DNA of 63,893 bases, counting the filler, from Choristocarpus tenellus KU-1152 (taxonomy: Eukaryota > Protista > Phaeophyceae): NCBI GenBank assembly GCA_964200185.2. It is 12 parts of 12 records of this genome, joined end to end, with 100 filler letters (N's around TTAATTAATTAA, not from the genome) between each part and the next. Parts side by side here need not be neighbours in the genome. Positions count along the whole stretch, not along the records: positions 36,003 to 43,022 come from CAXNAD020006847.1; positions 43,123 to 52,911 come from CAXNAD020003392.1; 10 more parts are not named here. One strand, given 5' to 3'. Of the stretch, positions 36,003 through 49,700 are shown in pieces; the stretch's first letter is position 1; each line of letters begins with the position of its first letter. Below the pieces are notes generated by a model. That model did no database searches and had not been told where the DNA came from. It saw only the letters and a program-made list of their open reading frames with translations. The translations under genes were made by a program, and so were the position numbers.

Positions 36003-37420
36003 ATGTGAGTTGGACCTGAGATTGTGGCACCTAGATGTGGAGCAGGCGTTTGCTCAATCTGACTTGGATAAGGAAGTGTACATGCGCCTCCTACAGGGAT
36101 GTGGAGATCTCTCCTATATGACCGTACACCTTCACAGGTCCCTGTATGGTTTAAAGCAAGCCTCTAGGACTTGGAATACCAAGCTAGTTTCCACCCTTAA
36201 GTGCAATGGTTTTGAGCAATGTCTGATTGGCCCATGTATATTTAGACTCAGGAGGGATGGTGTCAAGATTATGCTTACCGTTTATGTAGATGATATGATG
36301 GTCTTGGCATCTGGTGATGATTGTAATGATATTTGTGCCTCCTTGAATGAAAGGTTCTCCACCAAGAACCTTGGTTTATTGTCTCAGTTTTCTGGCTGCA
36401 CTTAAACAAGAGATTGGAAGCATGGTACCCTCTCCATTACCCAGACTGACTACATTGACAGCTTGTGTGAACGTTTTCCCATGCAATCAATCACTCCCAT
36501 TCCTGCAGCCCCTTCCAGAAAGCTTGGAATTAGGGAGGGGGACAATATCTCAAAGGATTGTAACTTCTGAGAGGTGGTTGGGGGGTTGATGTGGGTCAGC
36601 AACATGACCAGGCCAGATGTGGCTAATGCAGTAAGAGCTGTAGCCCGTCATTCGCATGCTCAGAGCCAAGTGCATTGGAGAGCTATGATCCAGATCCTCA
36701 AGTACCTCAAAGGGACGCACGCGAGAGTTGGACCTGGCCTACAAGAAAGGCAAAGGATTGGATCTGATTACCTACGCTGATGCGGATTTTTCCAATGAGA
36801 CTTTTGACAGATGTTCTGCACCGGGGGGGGCAGTAATGTGTGGGGGAGCAACAGTTGCTTGGCTTTCTAGGATCCAATGTGTCATAGCACAGTCGACTGC
36901 AGAGGCAGAGTACATAGCCATGGGGGAACGTGTATAAAGGAGTTGTTATTTCTGCGAGGTGTGTTGGAGTTCTTACGACCTGATAGGACTGAGTCGTGTT
37001 ATGTAGTGTATGAGGACTACACAGGAGCCATCCATTTGGCTAACAACGCTTTGAGTTCTGGCAAGGCTAAGCACATAGATGTGTGATATCATTTCCTAAG
37101 GGACTTGGTAGCCAATGGACAAATAAGGATTGTTCGAGTTAACTCAGATGAGCATCATGCAGATGTGTTGACCAAGCCTCTAGCAGATTAATCTTTTTGG
37201 AGGCATGCATGGGCTTTGCTGAATTTAGACTATGTTAAGTGGTTTGTTTCTTGCTGAAAAATTGATTTCTTTGTGTTTGTTTGGATTTCATTTTTCCAGA
37301 GAGTTCAATAGCTGGTTATGTTCTTGTCATACAGTATTGAACCTGAGGAGCCTCCTAGGATCCATAATTGTACCTTGTCAGTTCTCAAGAGTTGTTTGAG
37401 CTATGGAGGGTGTTCGATTA
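36003..37420 (+). mobile_element. Ty1/copia pol 3' part (reverse transcriptase + RNase H), inactivated, with PPT and LTR start
   Basis: LDVEQAF, SLYGLKQASRTWN, VYVDDMM, TRPDVANAV, YADADF, STAEAEYIA, KHIDV*YHFLRD, ADVLTKPL; frameshifts and stops; atggaggg directly followed by TGTT at 37411. Confidence 0.93.
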
Positions 37421-37480
37421 GACTCTTCCAACTCTATCGGACAGTTCTGGTAAAATATATTTGGAGTGAGAGAACAATCA

Positions 37481-37626
37481 TTAGTGATTAAGTTTGATCG
37501 TAACTTTTTAATAGCAATTAGTTATATTATAAAATTTCTCATATAAAATAAAAAAAATTTAGTGATTAAGTTTGATCGTAACTTTTTAATAGCAATTAGT
37601 TATATTATAAAATTTCTCATATAAAA
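37481..37626. repeat. 68-bp direct duplication (period 78)
   Basis: ttagtgattaagtttgatcg...tctcatataaaa at 37481 and 37559. Confidence 0.9.
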
Positions 37627-39057
37627 GGAAATATTTCTGGTTTTATGGGGTGCTGCATGCCCCACTTAACGTTAATCAATCACTCTACAGACATCAAACA
37701 ATATTACTGGGTTTATTACCTTTATTATTTTTGCTGACTTTGGTGATATTTTAACAACCCACGCTTCCCTCCTGATCTGGTCTTGAAGCATGGGGTTTGT
37801 TTCAATGGGGCATTCATTATTAGTAAATATAATGTACTACATTTTGGAAAAGGAATAATATATATATACATACATATATATGGAGTAGCGGTGTTCCATA
37901 TTGGTTTCCCCCGTACCACCAATACCCTTCGCACAAAGGGTGGTCTGAGTGCACTGCATACCAACCTTGACAACTCCAAAATATATTATTTTTGGTCTGT
38001 ACAAAGGCAGACTTTTGTATACCATGATTGTTGCAACATATACTCACTCACCACCAGACCCCACACTTCTGCTGCTCTATTTTATATGGTAATCCACTCT
38101 GTTTAATTCTCATGGTCCATGGTCAGGGGTGACACTGAGATATGCAATGAATGGACAATTAATGAAAAGAAGCACACAATCGTTAGCAAAGGAAGAAAGC
38201 TCGAATAGACTATGGTCATGTGGTCCAGTTCCATTAGACACCAGCATCAATACCAAGGTCAATAGCTGCCTCTCCATTCCCTCACAAAATCTACGTACCA
38301 GCACCAGTGTTAAGAAAGTGCTACGGTTTATTAAGAGTGTTGGGTTGCAGGGATCATGTCACTCACGTGATTGGTCAACGAGATACTGCCTGTTTTCTGT
38401 TTAGTGCTAGTCTGCCTCTTTTTCCCCTCTGTTCTCTTTACGACTTTTTGTTGTTCAGCACCAAGAGGATGAACTGTTGTTCATGAAGTTTGCTACGCTA
38501 AACTCACGTGCAAGCTGCGACAAAATAGCCATTCTTTTATAATAGAAATGAGCGCATCTTGAACAACATGATGCTCACATATGACGCAAACTACAAATTA
38601 CCCAACGTTTTAGCGTTATACACAACAAAGTTTTGCCTCGAGAATGGACATTATATAGAGGAAATGGCCACGTGCACGGTCCTGGAGAACGGATGCTACA
38701 CAGAATTGTCTCAGGCGATTGCCAAATAAAATACGCCATAGAAGCAAATGGCCTCAAGCGGGGAAACAAATTCTGCTAGAGAACAAATGGTCACAATCAT
38801 TGTCACGACAACTGGATTATATGAAGCAAATGGGCCCAATCATTTGTCGGGACAATGGATCGTAGAGTAGATGGACAGGACTGTTTGGTGGACAACGGCT
38901 TGCTCTCTCAACGATTTTGTCTTGGTGTCTGATTTTGTGACCTATTTAGAGATGACATATCGAGCTCCATAGGGAATGTGGGCCAACCAAGCGGACTTTT
39001 TCTAACAAGCACACGTTTTGAGTGAGTACAACAGATTAATATTTCCATGGTAACTAC

Positions 39058-39907
39058 CAGAAAATCGTCAGCTTTGGGGAGATGGATGACAAAAGCACCC
39101 CGCTGACCCTCTGACACCACTTGTGGAGGGGTGAGCGTCGAGTGGAGTGCAACTCGAGAAGAAAGACATCCTAACTGTTGAGGGGTCGTCCAGGAGTCGA
39201 AATTCTTGGGGGAAATCTGTATTAGGTTGCTATTTCCTTCAGGAAGAGAGGTGTGTTGGAATGATATATACCTTTACTTATAGTATTGGGGGTTGAAGTC
39301 TGGTCTTTATCTGAACTCAACACCTGGGTTCAGTTTCCACCCTACGTATAGTTCCCATTCAGAATAAAAGAGGCTAAGCCCTCCACAAAAAAAACTTGAA
39401 CCCTTGCACATGTAGAGCTTTGCACACACAGTAAGTTGTGTAGTGCTATAGCATCCACCAACCTTGTCGAAAGGCCCCATTGCTTGTTGCCCATTGCCCC
39501 AACACTCACCACGCATCCCAAATATATGATAAACAACACTCCTGCATGAGTCTTGGGTCCTTTTCTTTTGTCCTGGGTGCTGGGTGCTGGGTCTGGGGTT
39601 CTGGGTTTGGGATTCTGGGTTCTGGGTTCTGGGTTCTGGGTTCTGGGTTCTGCGTACTGAGTGTCGACCACGGACTACATGGCACAACCAACCACCACCA
39701 CCTAACACTTCTGAGCGCCGATTTCTGACGAGAAGCAGCGAAGTTAAAGGTCGACATGTATTCATCTGTGGAATGCACTGCCTCTGACACCTCAACTTCA
39801 ATGGGTGGAAGTCTCAAATTTAGCCTCAAAATCGTTGGGCCGATTTCTTGTTCTAGATGATTGTTCTCATCCAAAGCTTCTCCAAACAATTTACCCTCGC
39901 AAACCAC
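39058..39907 (-). CDS. Two candidate phase-0 exons of an unknown gene (39791-39907 and 39058-39216)
   Basis: Each is an open multiple of 3 bounded by AG/GT (VVCEGKLFG..PPIEVE; ISPKNFDSW..KADDFL); the first has a good pyrimidine tract; donors are weak; no recognisable domain. Confidence 0.3.
39573..39652. repeat. 7-bp (TCTGGGT)n microsatellite
   Basis: About 11 units, the last ones perfect. Confidence 0.9.
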
Positions 39908-40034
39908 CTTAAATTGAGAAAAAAATGGTCGTGAATAAGATTCTCTGGTCAATCATTGGGCACAACAGAGTGGCCTGGTTGGTCATCGGGCGCTTCAGAG
40001 GAGTGTGATGCGAATTGGTATGTACGGACAAACG

Positions 40035-40960
40035 TCACCCAGAATAAATGCAAAATGCAAGTTGTTTGTGTTCCGCCCAAAACATCACACTTCTCTCTAC
40101 TAAGTAGAAAACGTTCCCACTAGTACCGTTTTCTTTTGCAAACAACTCTGATCCTTCTACACAAAGGTAGAAAGACAACTTCACCAATCTCATCCATATC
40201 GTCCTTCCTTTGTCTCCTTGTGCCCATAGAAATTCCTCATCTTTTGTCAGCACTCCAATGTCAAACCTCTCCTCAAGCTCTTGTTTCCTGAGCTATGAGC
40301 CCTTTGTTGTTTTGCTATGCTTTTCAATATTTCTTTGCACTATGAAATAGGCCCTTGGTAGCCCCCATCCACCTACTCTTTTTTGCATATGCTTGTGGGC
40401 TCCAAGAATCCCCCCTCCTGACATAACTTTTTGTCCCTTGCCCGTAACAACATGAAATCTCCTGGACTGCTTTATCTTCCCCTTCACTCTTTCTGAGTCG
40501 AGTCCCTTTATAGTACTCCCCTAGCGAAACTGTGTCCAATGTGTCAGATCTCTTACGTATGCTGCCATAGTGCTGTCAGCAATCTCTTCTCCAGATGGTT
40601 TGACTGCAAGATCATAGTCCATATTCTTTCTCTCTACTTTCCTAGATCACTTCCTGCCATGGTAACTAATGAGTCGGACAGTACATTTTCGAGTTTATGT
40701 CTTCAAATTTCCATGTTGAAATTCCCTATGTTATCCAGTAAAAAATCCCTTTGCCATGTCTAGCCTTGTGATACCAACCACCTTGTGTTTCCAGGGCCCC
40801 AATAACCTCATTTGTAACCTGGCCTATGTTTTGTCACTTCATATTTAATAATCCATTGGATCGTCAACAAATTATCTCCCCTAACTAGAATCGGTTCTCC
40901 TCTCTCTACCGTTCCATCTCTTTGACTCATTACCATCCCCAACACGTCGTTGCCATTGCT
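40035..40960 (-). mobile_element. DIRS-like (tyrosine recombinase) retrotransposon remnant: RNase H end + YR N-terminus
   Basis: MRLLG/ALETQGGWYHKARHGKG (frameshifted; RNase H C-terminal pattern), followed by GRTIWMRLVKLSFYLCVEGSELFAKENG (YR box I pattern LxRxSEL with the catalytic Arg lost). Confidence 0.55.
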
Positions 40961-41610
40961 AATATCTTGATAAGTAATTATTGAAACTTCACTACGTTAA
41001 ACTCGTTGTATCAGACTATCTGGAAAACTTCATACTCCCTCCAAAGCAGACCTACTGTTGTGCCTGCAATTTGCTTTAGCCACCTATACCTGTACTGTTT
41101 ATTTCGTCTTAAATAAGTCCACTACTACGGCCTTCAACATTGATTTTTTTCGAGAATCATCTCTCTTCATCCTTAGGTGGAGCTAACTTCCCCAGGTCAA
41201 GAAGTTGAACTCGTTGTCATACCTGACAATTCCCGAATCCATTTCAACTCTAGGGTCCCGAACCCTGCAACCTTTGTAGGGACCGACCACACGATATTAA
41301 GTGTGGGTTTTATACTTCAACCGTACTCTTCGACGCATATATACCAAATGTTGTTTTTGAAACATGTGGTATCGCACGTGACCCAATGTGAGGTTTTGAC
41401 AATATCACACTGGTTTTAAAGTGTACCCACTGCGAGGTCCTAACCAGTAGCATATGCTAACCTTGCCATCTAATTGACCCACAGCACCTACAAAGTCCAA
41501 CGTATTTGTACAAACTATTGGTTTCAAGATAGTTACAACCACTGCTAGAGCTGGCTTCCTAGATCCACTGTATTGTATATAAACATGGATAAGCTGTAAC
41601 GTCAGTAGAT

Positions 41611-41840
41611 AAACCGACCACTGGGTCCAGAACTTCCATGCTGACTGCAGGACCAACCACAGGGCCTAAAACCTCCAGATGAACTGTAGGACCAACCACA
41701 GCATCCAAAACATCTGGACTGACTGCAGGATCAACCACAGGATCCAAAACCTCCAGGTGAATCGTAGGAGTAATCTTAGGATCCAAAACATCTGGATTGA
41801 CTACAGGACCAACCATAGGTCTAAGAACATTTGGGCAAAC
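41611..41840 (-). repeat. 39-bp (13-codon) tandem repeat, ~6 copies, with alternating variants
   Basis: gga(c/t)caaccacag..cc.aaaac..c..ga units; ORF 41559-41912 reads VLDPVVDPAVSPD / VLDAVVGPTVHLE. Confidence 0.8.
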
Positions 41841-42797
41841 TGAACACAACTCAGATCCGCCACCCCATGGTCCTCCACTCGCCCCTTGAAAATTCTCCTT
41901 CTTCGACCCCACAGGCTCTGCGCATTGGAAATAATGGCAGAATTTTTACGATCCTGTCAGAATGGGCCTTATGTCTTACTCCATTCGCAGGATTTCAAGT
42001 TCTTCCTACGCTGCACCCCAACTCTTTCGGAACCTCCAATTCATTGTTCCACCTTGATGTAATTAAACTCACTTGTGCAGCAAAATCATGGACATCTCGC
42101 AGTAACTCCTCTACTGTAGGAAATAGAGGGGTTGGGGGGGAGATAGCTGACCCTACTTGACTATTCAAGTCTCTAACTTTGATAAACAGTTCGTTTGACC
42201 ACTTCTCAAAATCACGGGGGAATGTGAACTCAAAGGTTCTAGTGACCAAAGAGAAACCTCATCACAAGGCATCCTAATACCTCACATAAAAAATGAAGCT
42301 CCTGATTGTACAACGCTGTAATTAGTGTGAGAACTTGCTGGCCTCATCGTGTCCCTGGACATTGTGTGGAAGAGGGAATTTTCTCTATGGTATCTGTCAC
42401 CATGGATGACTGATCTACTGGAGATAAAACCGAACCTGACCCCTCCCCCCCCGGTTTTCCTGGAGTAAATACTATAAACTTCAAGTCTACCTTCCCGGAG
42501 AGCTTCTTTGCTATCTAATCTGAGACAAAGAATCCATCTCTCCTAAAACTTCTTACATTTTGCATACAATCCAAGCCTTTTGCTGTGAAAGGCGATTTTG
42601 TCGGGACACCATTGTGTGTGGCATATCCTTCCCCTGGTCTCCCTCTGACCTGCAAGGTACTTCCTACCAGCTGTTTGACATTATTCAAATTTTCTCCAAT
42701 GACGACAAACTTTCCGGTTATATACGTGACATCATTGGTAAATTCTCCAGTAGCTCCCTCCACAACCAGCGGCCTCTCTCCCATCCCAAGAACCACG

Positions 42798-42935
42798 GAC
42801 CTAAGGAATTTAAGAGGGTAGGGTCGAGTCCGTTCAGGATCGTAAATCCAATGTTACGATTTTCATGAATTTTGACTATCGTGTTTGTTAGCAAGTGCCA
42901 ATATCCTTGCTCCAGACACCTCTCATGGTTATGCA
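42798..42935 (+). mobile_element. MITE family A left half
   Basis: gacctaaggaatttaagagggtagggtcgagtccgttc..aatccaatgtt..tatccttgctccagacacc. Confidence 0.8.
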
Positions 42936-43971
42936 AAAGAACTACTCAAGTAGAGTATTTTGCTTTGTGTGGTATGGACATGTTTATTAGCGGAGTGAGC
43001 ACAGCCCTTGGTGGTGGGGGGTNNNNNNNNNNNNNNNNNNNNNNNNNNNNNNNNNNNNNNNNNNNNTTAATTAATTAANNNNNNNNNNNNNNNNNNNNNN
43101 NNNNNNNNNNNNNNNNNNNNNNCTATGTTGTATACTTGTGTCAGCACAAACAACGTAAGGATGACACTAGGTTATTCGACATGATCTCCACTGTCGACGC
43201 CAATACTAACATCCCTCTGAAAACGACGGTCCCAGTCTTGCTCTAATTCTACTATCGCTGGAAGTAAACCCTCCACAGTAGAGGAAAGTTGTTCAATACG
43301 ATAGGGATACTGTCAAATATTGTAGAGGAGTGATTATGTGAAGGAGAGGAAACTACCATACAACCTCAAAAGACCATGGTCAATAGAATCAATTCCCCCA
43401 TTCATCCATTCATATACAAGACAATGAATATGGGTTTACCAACTAAAAACTCTGCCGTAGTTACTCCACTATTGTACTAATAGGTATTGCAGATAAAGTT
43501 GGAGGACTTCTACTCGAACACACCTTCTACATTGATATGGTCTTATCTTGAACACCCCTGTTACGTTCCTCGGGGTCCAGACGATTCTTAAATACTAACA
43601 CGAAAAATAATTCATTGAACCACAAAACCTCGGAAATAGCTTAGATATTTCAGTCATAAACATTCAGAACTTTATCTAAGAGATATGGTTGAGCTTCCAT
43701 TCAAAATTTTATGGTAGAACCGGACTATTTTTTGGAAGTGGTATTGAGAAATAGCATAAAATATATCCCAACAAGTATATGTTGCAGATATAAATGACCA
43801 TCTTCAACTTTAACTTAATTGATGATACTCCCAACATTATATCCGTTTCAAAGAGTATCAATAACACCCATTCAATACGCCAATCCTCTCCTTGTTCCTC
43901 CACGAAGTTCCATACATCAGTCATCACATCAAAGAAGGAGAGAAATTAGACTTCACAGTAGTGAGAGTTCC

Positions 43972-46587
43972 ATGGCGACCACCACCAGCGAGACCATCCT
44001 CACAGTGGAGGATATACAAACGGACCTCGACACACTATGGCTTATGATCGGTGCGATTTTGGTCTTCTTCATGCAGACAGGTTTCGCCATGCTTGAAGTG
44101 GGATCGGTGTCAATCAAGAACACCAAAAATATACTCATCAAAAACGTTGGGGACGCGTCCTTGGGTGCCCTTTGCTGGTGGCTGCTCGGCTTTGGTGTCG
44201 CCTTCGGAAAGGATAAAGGTCGTTTCATTGGCGGTGACGCCTTTGCGCTCAAGGGGGACTTCTTTGAGAACGAGAGTGGCGACCTGACTAACGGGTACAG
44301 TTATGCATCTTGGCTGTTTCAGTGGGCCTTTGCCGCCACAGCAGCAACTATCGTGTCTGGGGCCGTCGCTGAACGAGTCTCATTTAATGCTTACGTGGTC
44401 TACTCCATCGTGCTCACCTGTTTCATTTACCCCGTTGTGGTGCATTGGGCCTGGCACACCCGAGGATGGGCGTCCTCTTTTGCTGATCCGAGTGACCTCC
44501 TGTTCGATTGCGGCGTAATAGACTTTGCAGGATCCGGAGTTGTGCACATGACAGGAGGTATGGCTGCTCTTATTGCCGCCATTGTTATCGGCCCCCGTAT
44601 AGGACGGTTCAACCAGGACGGCACGTCAAACACGCTTCCAGCACAGTCGGCGGTCCTCCAGACTCTCGGCACACTTATTCTGTGGTTTGGCTGGTATGGT
44701 TTCAATGGTGCCTCCACGTTGTACATTATTGGACTTTCTGGAGTAGCCGCGAAGACCATGGTGACAACCACTATCGGCGCCGCTTCGGGGGCACTGTCCT
44801 CATGTATTCTCCACAAGCTTTCCCTACACTATTGGGATGCTGGTGCTGCAAACAATGGCATCCTTGCTGGGCTGGTGGCAATCACTGCGCCATGCTCCAC
44901 GTGCGAGCCGGAGGGTGCATTCGTGATTGGGGTGGTCGCCGGGCTTGTCTATTTCCTTGCCTCCTCTCTGCTGGAGAAGTTGAAGGTAGGTGTTGGTGGT
45001 GACTGCAGGAAATCGTATGTGTGATCCCTCTAGATTCGACAGGAAGAAATGTTCCACCCAAATTCCATTGCACAACAGTGTTACTAGGGATAGGAAATTC
45101 CGGAAGTGGTTGACCTCTGGCGTAGTCCCTGCCCTTCCTGTAACGTTTTACTTCGCAATATTGAACTCTCATCATGATTACTGTTTTCCGAGGACAGGAA
45201 TATTGTCGTCGCCAACCTTTTCGATAACCATCTCATCAATTCCTGGGTGTTGTTGTTTATTTAAAGTCTTTTCAAATAAACAAGTGGACCTGTTTCTTGC
45301 TGCTTTTCACAACGTTTCTCTAAAGTTGCCCCTATTGTGGTATCAGTTTCTCTCTTTGGAATTGTCCTGTGCACACGCTCCTGATCATTCCTCATTTTGA
45401 CGAAAATATTTTGGAGGGGTACCCGTATTCTGCACCTCAATCGTGGTTGCTCAGGAGTCTCGGTGTTTTTTATATTGAGACTATCGAGGGATTTTGCCTC
45501 TCTATTTTAGTATGTAAGGGTGTTATCGTTTGATATTGGTCATGATGATTCTCGCCTTAACTATTCAATGTCGTATTGTCTTCACTTGTAATAACATTTT
45601 TCTTTGTTCCCTTCAAAGGTAGAAACTACACAATCAACACATACGTCCTCTCATAATACCTGGGCCAACCAAATTCCTTGGATGAAAACATTATCAATAC
45701 CATCATATTTTGGGACCGACCCTTGTGACACTCAGTAACTCTCGAAAAGTTGGAAACGAACGAAGTTTTCTGTGCTTGCCCCTTGTTTCAGTACAACGTC
45801 TTAAACTCTCGGAGGGACATCCCTCCAGTCGACGGTCCCTTTCAGCGTTACCGTCCTTGCCATCGTTTTCGACACACTTAGTTGCCACATTGGCGACCTC
45901 TTCTCTTCAATCTTCCTCTCACCCCTAACTGCCAAATGCACAAGCCCATGAGGGGGATATTTATTTCGTACATCCAACACCTAACATTATGGTAGACGGT
46001 GTTAGGTGGGCGACTCTCTATGCTTACCAACAACCTCCATAAACTTCCCCATTTGTATAGATTCTACTCCAGAGTATAGAGTGTAACACTCACTTTGCTA
46101 TTGTATTACGTATTTTCTTCCCTCTTCCCGGTTGTAGTGGTCAGATTCCTCACTTCTGCTATTGTGACAAGTACAAATGTGTGACTTTCGTCTGTATCTT
46201 ATTATTTCCGTCTCCTCTCCCTTGTGACAGATTGACGATGTTGTGAATGCATCGCCGGTGCACCTGTTCTGTGGGATGTGGGGCGTGTTATCTGCGGGCT
46301 TCTTCGCCACCAAGACAAACTACAGTGCTGCCTACTACTCCGAACGAGCCAGCACTTGTGCAGGTGTTTTCTATGGTGGTGATGGCAGTACTCTCCTTGC
46401 CGCTTTTGTCTTCATCCTAGCCATTTTGGCTTGGGTTGGGGTCACCTGTACCATCCTGTTTGTTTCTATTAAATTGACAATTGGCATGCGTGTATCTAAG
46501 GAGATGGAGGAGGCAGGGCTTGACGACTCCAAGCACGGTGGGCAGACATATCCTGAGATACACAAGGGGTCTACAATTTCAACGTAA
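43972..46587 (+). CDS. AMT1: Ammonium transporter, AMT1 type, 2 exons, 456 aa
   Basis: Exons 43972-44985 and 46231-46587, phase-0 GT-AG intron. Motifs LVFFMQTGFAMLE, FQWAFA, IVSGAVAER, DFAGSGVVH, LWFGWYGFN, NGILAGLVAIT, IDDVVNASPVH and GLDDSKHGG; both pore histidines present. Confidence 0.95.
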
Positions 46588-47499
46588 CATGATTGCTGTA
46601 GGACCGGATTTTTTAATCCTGCAGGGTATGTTGAAAAGCTTGGCGCATGTAAGGCTCGTTGCCGAAAGCTAGCAGCTGAATTACATGATAAAGGATTCAC
46701 TGAATTATTTATTATCCGCAAGGTATTGTCCACTTGATGCTATTGTCCCACTATACCATCTGTAATATCCCACTAACTTACCATAACATACCGATGTGTA
46801 TGTTACTACCTTGTATTGTACTAAACTAAAGATCAACGTACATATAAGCTATGTTGTTTACTTGGATCAGCACAGATAACGTAAGGATAACACTAGGCTA
46901 TTCGACAGGGTAAACAACAAAGTTACAGGCTGGTGATTATGATGGTAGAAAGGGATGGGAGCAAGGGAGGTAACGGACGCGCAATAGGTACTTCTGTGTT
47001 TGATAATATTTCGTGTATTCAGTCACACTTTCGTTCTTGTGTGTGTGTCAATCTTGAGGGAGAAGATTGAGTCACCAACACATGATTGCATCTTCGCTTG
47101 CCTGCGCTTTTTTTGTTAACATTATGTTTTCAAATTAAGATGGTGAGACAACCGACTGAACCGCTTACCTCCTGGAAAGCCAACGCTGTAGTAGGTCATG
47201 TCTTGGGAATAGTTTATGATGCTATGGCGTTGTATTCTTGATTACATTTGTTCAAAGGAGTCCTTCTTGTACACTACAAATTTCGCTCTGAGTACGATAT
47301 ATTTATTTTTTCTGACTTCCGCCTACTCAAGGGCCCTATTTGTACAGTACATATTGCGTACTGAGTACGAGACTTTTTTTTTCTGGCTTCTCTGCCTGCT
47401 CAAGGTCCCTTTTTGTACACTACGTATTGCGCTCTAAGTGCAACTCGAGAAAAGGGTGGGTTGACAAGGGGCATGGTGGCATAAGACGAGGAATTTGTA

Positions 47500-49700
47500 A
47501 CTAGGACGATATTTCTGAAGAGTGCTTCGTTGGAGATCACTCAGTTGTTCTCTCTCTGCCCTCAGAATGTCGAAGTCACCTGTCTCGGGAGGAGTTGACG
47601 AGTCTGCAAGATGTCATTAGCCAACTCTATTTCAATCCTCTGCAAATATCCCTCTGAGCAACATCCATTGCGAAACAATTATTGGTCACGCACGTACTCT
47701 TATCCATTGACGTTAGGCACCGTTCGTAGAGCCGTTTGCTCCTGTGTTACTATTTGTGATGTTGATTCGTGCTTGGAGTTTTTCCTTTCCGGTCTTGTTT
47801 GTACTGAGTGATGTATGTGTCCAGGTAGACAAACGGTTGCATGGGCCTTGAAGTTTTTTTTTTGTGAGGTACGTTTTCTCTGGTGAACGTTGCGTTAAAA
47901 AAATGGAAAGTTTCTTCATTTTTTTCCCGTCTTCTCTATCCATTTTTCTTTTTTCTTTTTTTCTTCAAGTCTCATCCATGATTTCGCACATCATTCACTC
48001 TGTAATTAGTTCCTTCTATTGTGCGATAGAGACCCTTTGAATCATTACTGTTGCTCCTTTGACTGCAACAATGCACTACGAACTACGTAGTAGTAGGAAA
48101 TATTAGAAAAAAAATTTGCAATCTACTGTAACTTCTGCTGGTGCATAAGTGATCCTTATTCCTTCAGGAGGCCTTCTCAGGTGATCGATCACTAGGGGAA
48201 CCTTTGGGCAGATAGTGGATGCTGTTTCGAGAGGTGGTTACCACATTTTGATGGTTTTCTGAAAAAGAGCTGTTTTGAGAAGAGTTGAGATCGAAACATG
48301 TGTGCAGTGAAGGAATCAAGGGAGGATTATTTTTATGCTAGGGATCGGGTGAAACTGACAGAATACAGGATAACTCTATAATCGTACGATATTATAGATA
48401 TACTACAACGAAGTACCTATGCTCGTAGTGGAATGCAGCAAGTAGTGTTCCTGGAGGAGATTGCTGACGCTCTCCATATTGACGTATGTACTAGGGATTG
48501 ATACCGCCACTATACAACACGCGTTATAATTGTTGTTGTGTCCCAGTACCTATCTTCCAAGGTGTTACGCATGTAACATATATTAGACTTGTTGCCAACG
48601 GATACTACTGAACTGAAACAATGCTGTCGTCCGTGCTGCCTACAGGCACATGTCATCGACAAGATACTGACAGGGTGCGAGTTTTTTTCCTCCAACGGCT
48701 CCTCAATAGTGTGGTCTTGTGTGACTTTGTTTTGAAACGCCAATATGCATTATCCACACACCATTCCTTACTACTCATACTGTCCATATTTTACGGAATA
48801 TGGCAGGTAGTTAGGGGTGAGATGCACGCCTTCCACGACCATCTCAAGTAGTGCAAGGCTGTGCATGGGGGACACTATTGCAAATAGGGTCCACACTTCA
48901 GAATATTTGGCACCTAGAGTTGTCTTTGGATTATTGCATGGATAATATTTCAAGTGCATAGTAGTAGTACATCTCGTCCCATGCAGCATCACACACGCTT
49001 CACTCAGTGAAGTTGTTGTGTGTTTGCCAGCTTGTGGAGGTAGGTGATTACCTACATGCTATACGGGGTGATGTCATCAAATGAGATCCTCATTGAAGAC
49101 AGTTGTCAGTGCTTGATATATCCGTATATACATAGGTACATAACAACGTCACTTGGCCTTTGTTGCTTTGTTGTCATTATATTACTCACATTCTTTGTTT
49201 TGTGGGGCATATATTTAGGGGTTCCTGTTTGCGTGTTGGAAATAGCTGGCAACTTCAAGGTAACACAGCGACGCAATAATTTTGGCCTAACCAAACTCAT
49301 TACCGCTGGTCGACTGCTTCTCTACTAATGCTGTATACTCAACAATCCACGAGGCCCATTTTTTTCTGAGGGTCGTGCGTACATTTATCTTGTGGTGTGG
49401 ACCAGAATCAGGTTCCCTGGATGGTTTGAATTGAAAGGCGGTTACTGAGACCTAGCATCAACGCCCAACAGAATGATGACACGGCAGAAGGCATCGTGCA
49501 GATGATGCTCTCCATCAAATAAAATGTAGTGCAGACAAAAGTGTGATTGGTATGAAATGCGTTGCGGGCTTGGGTGCAAGGAAGCACCACTGGCTACTAC
49601 CTGCACAAAGACACGAACACGTACCTTTAATAGTCTCACCATTTGTCCTTACAATGTTCAACCCTACACAACACAACAAGGACGAGTACTATCATGGATA
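47500..49700 (+). mobile_element. Possible very degenerate hAT-like transposase remnant
   Basis: Only CCLQAHVID (~CxAH) near 48640 and a weak C-terminal W-rich pattern near 49550; stops in all frames. Confidence 0.2.

Noticed and set aside
39573-39652. (TCTGGGT)n as a telomere
   Set aside because: Short, internal to a contig, and different from the TTAGGG seen elsewhere.
44427-45002. Overlapping antisense and alternate-frame ORFs in the AMT and PP2C exons
   Set aside because: Shadow ORFs of GC-richer coding sequence with no independent motifs.
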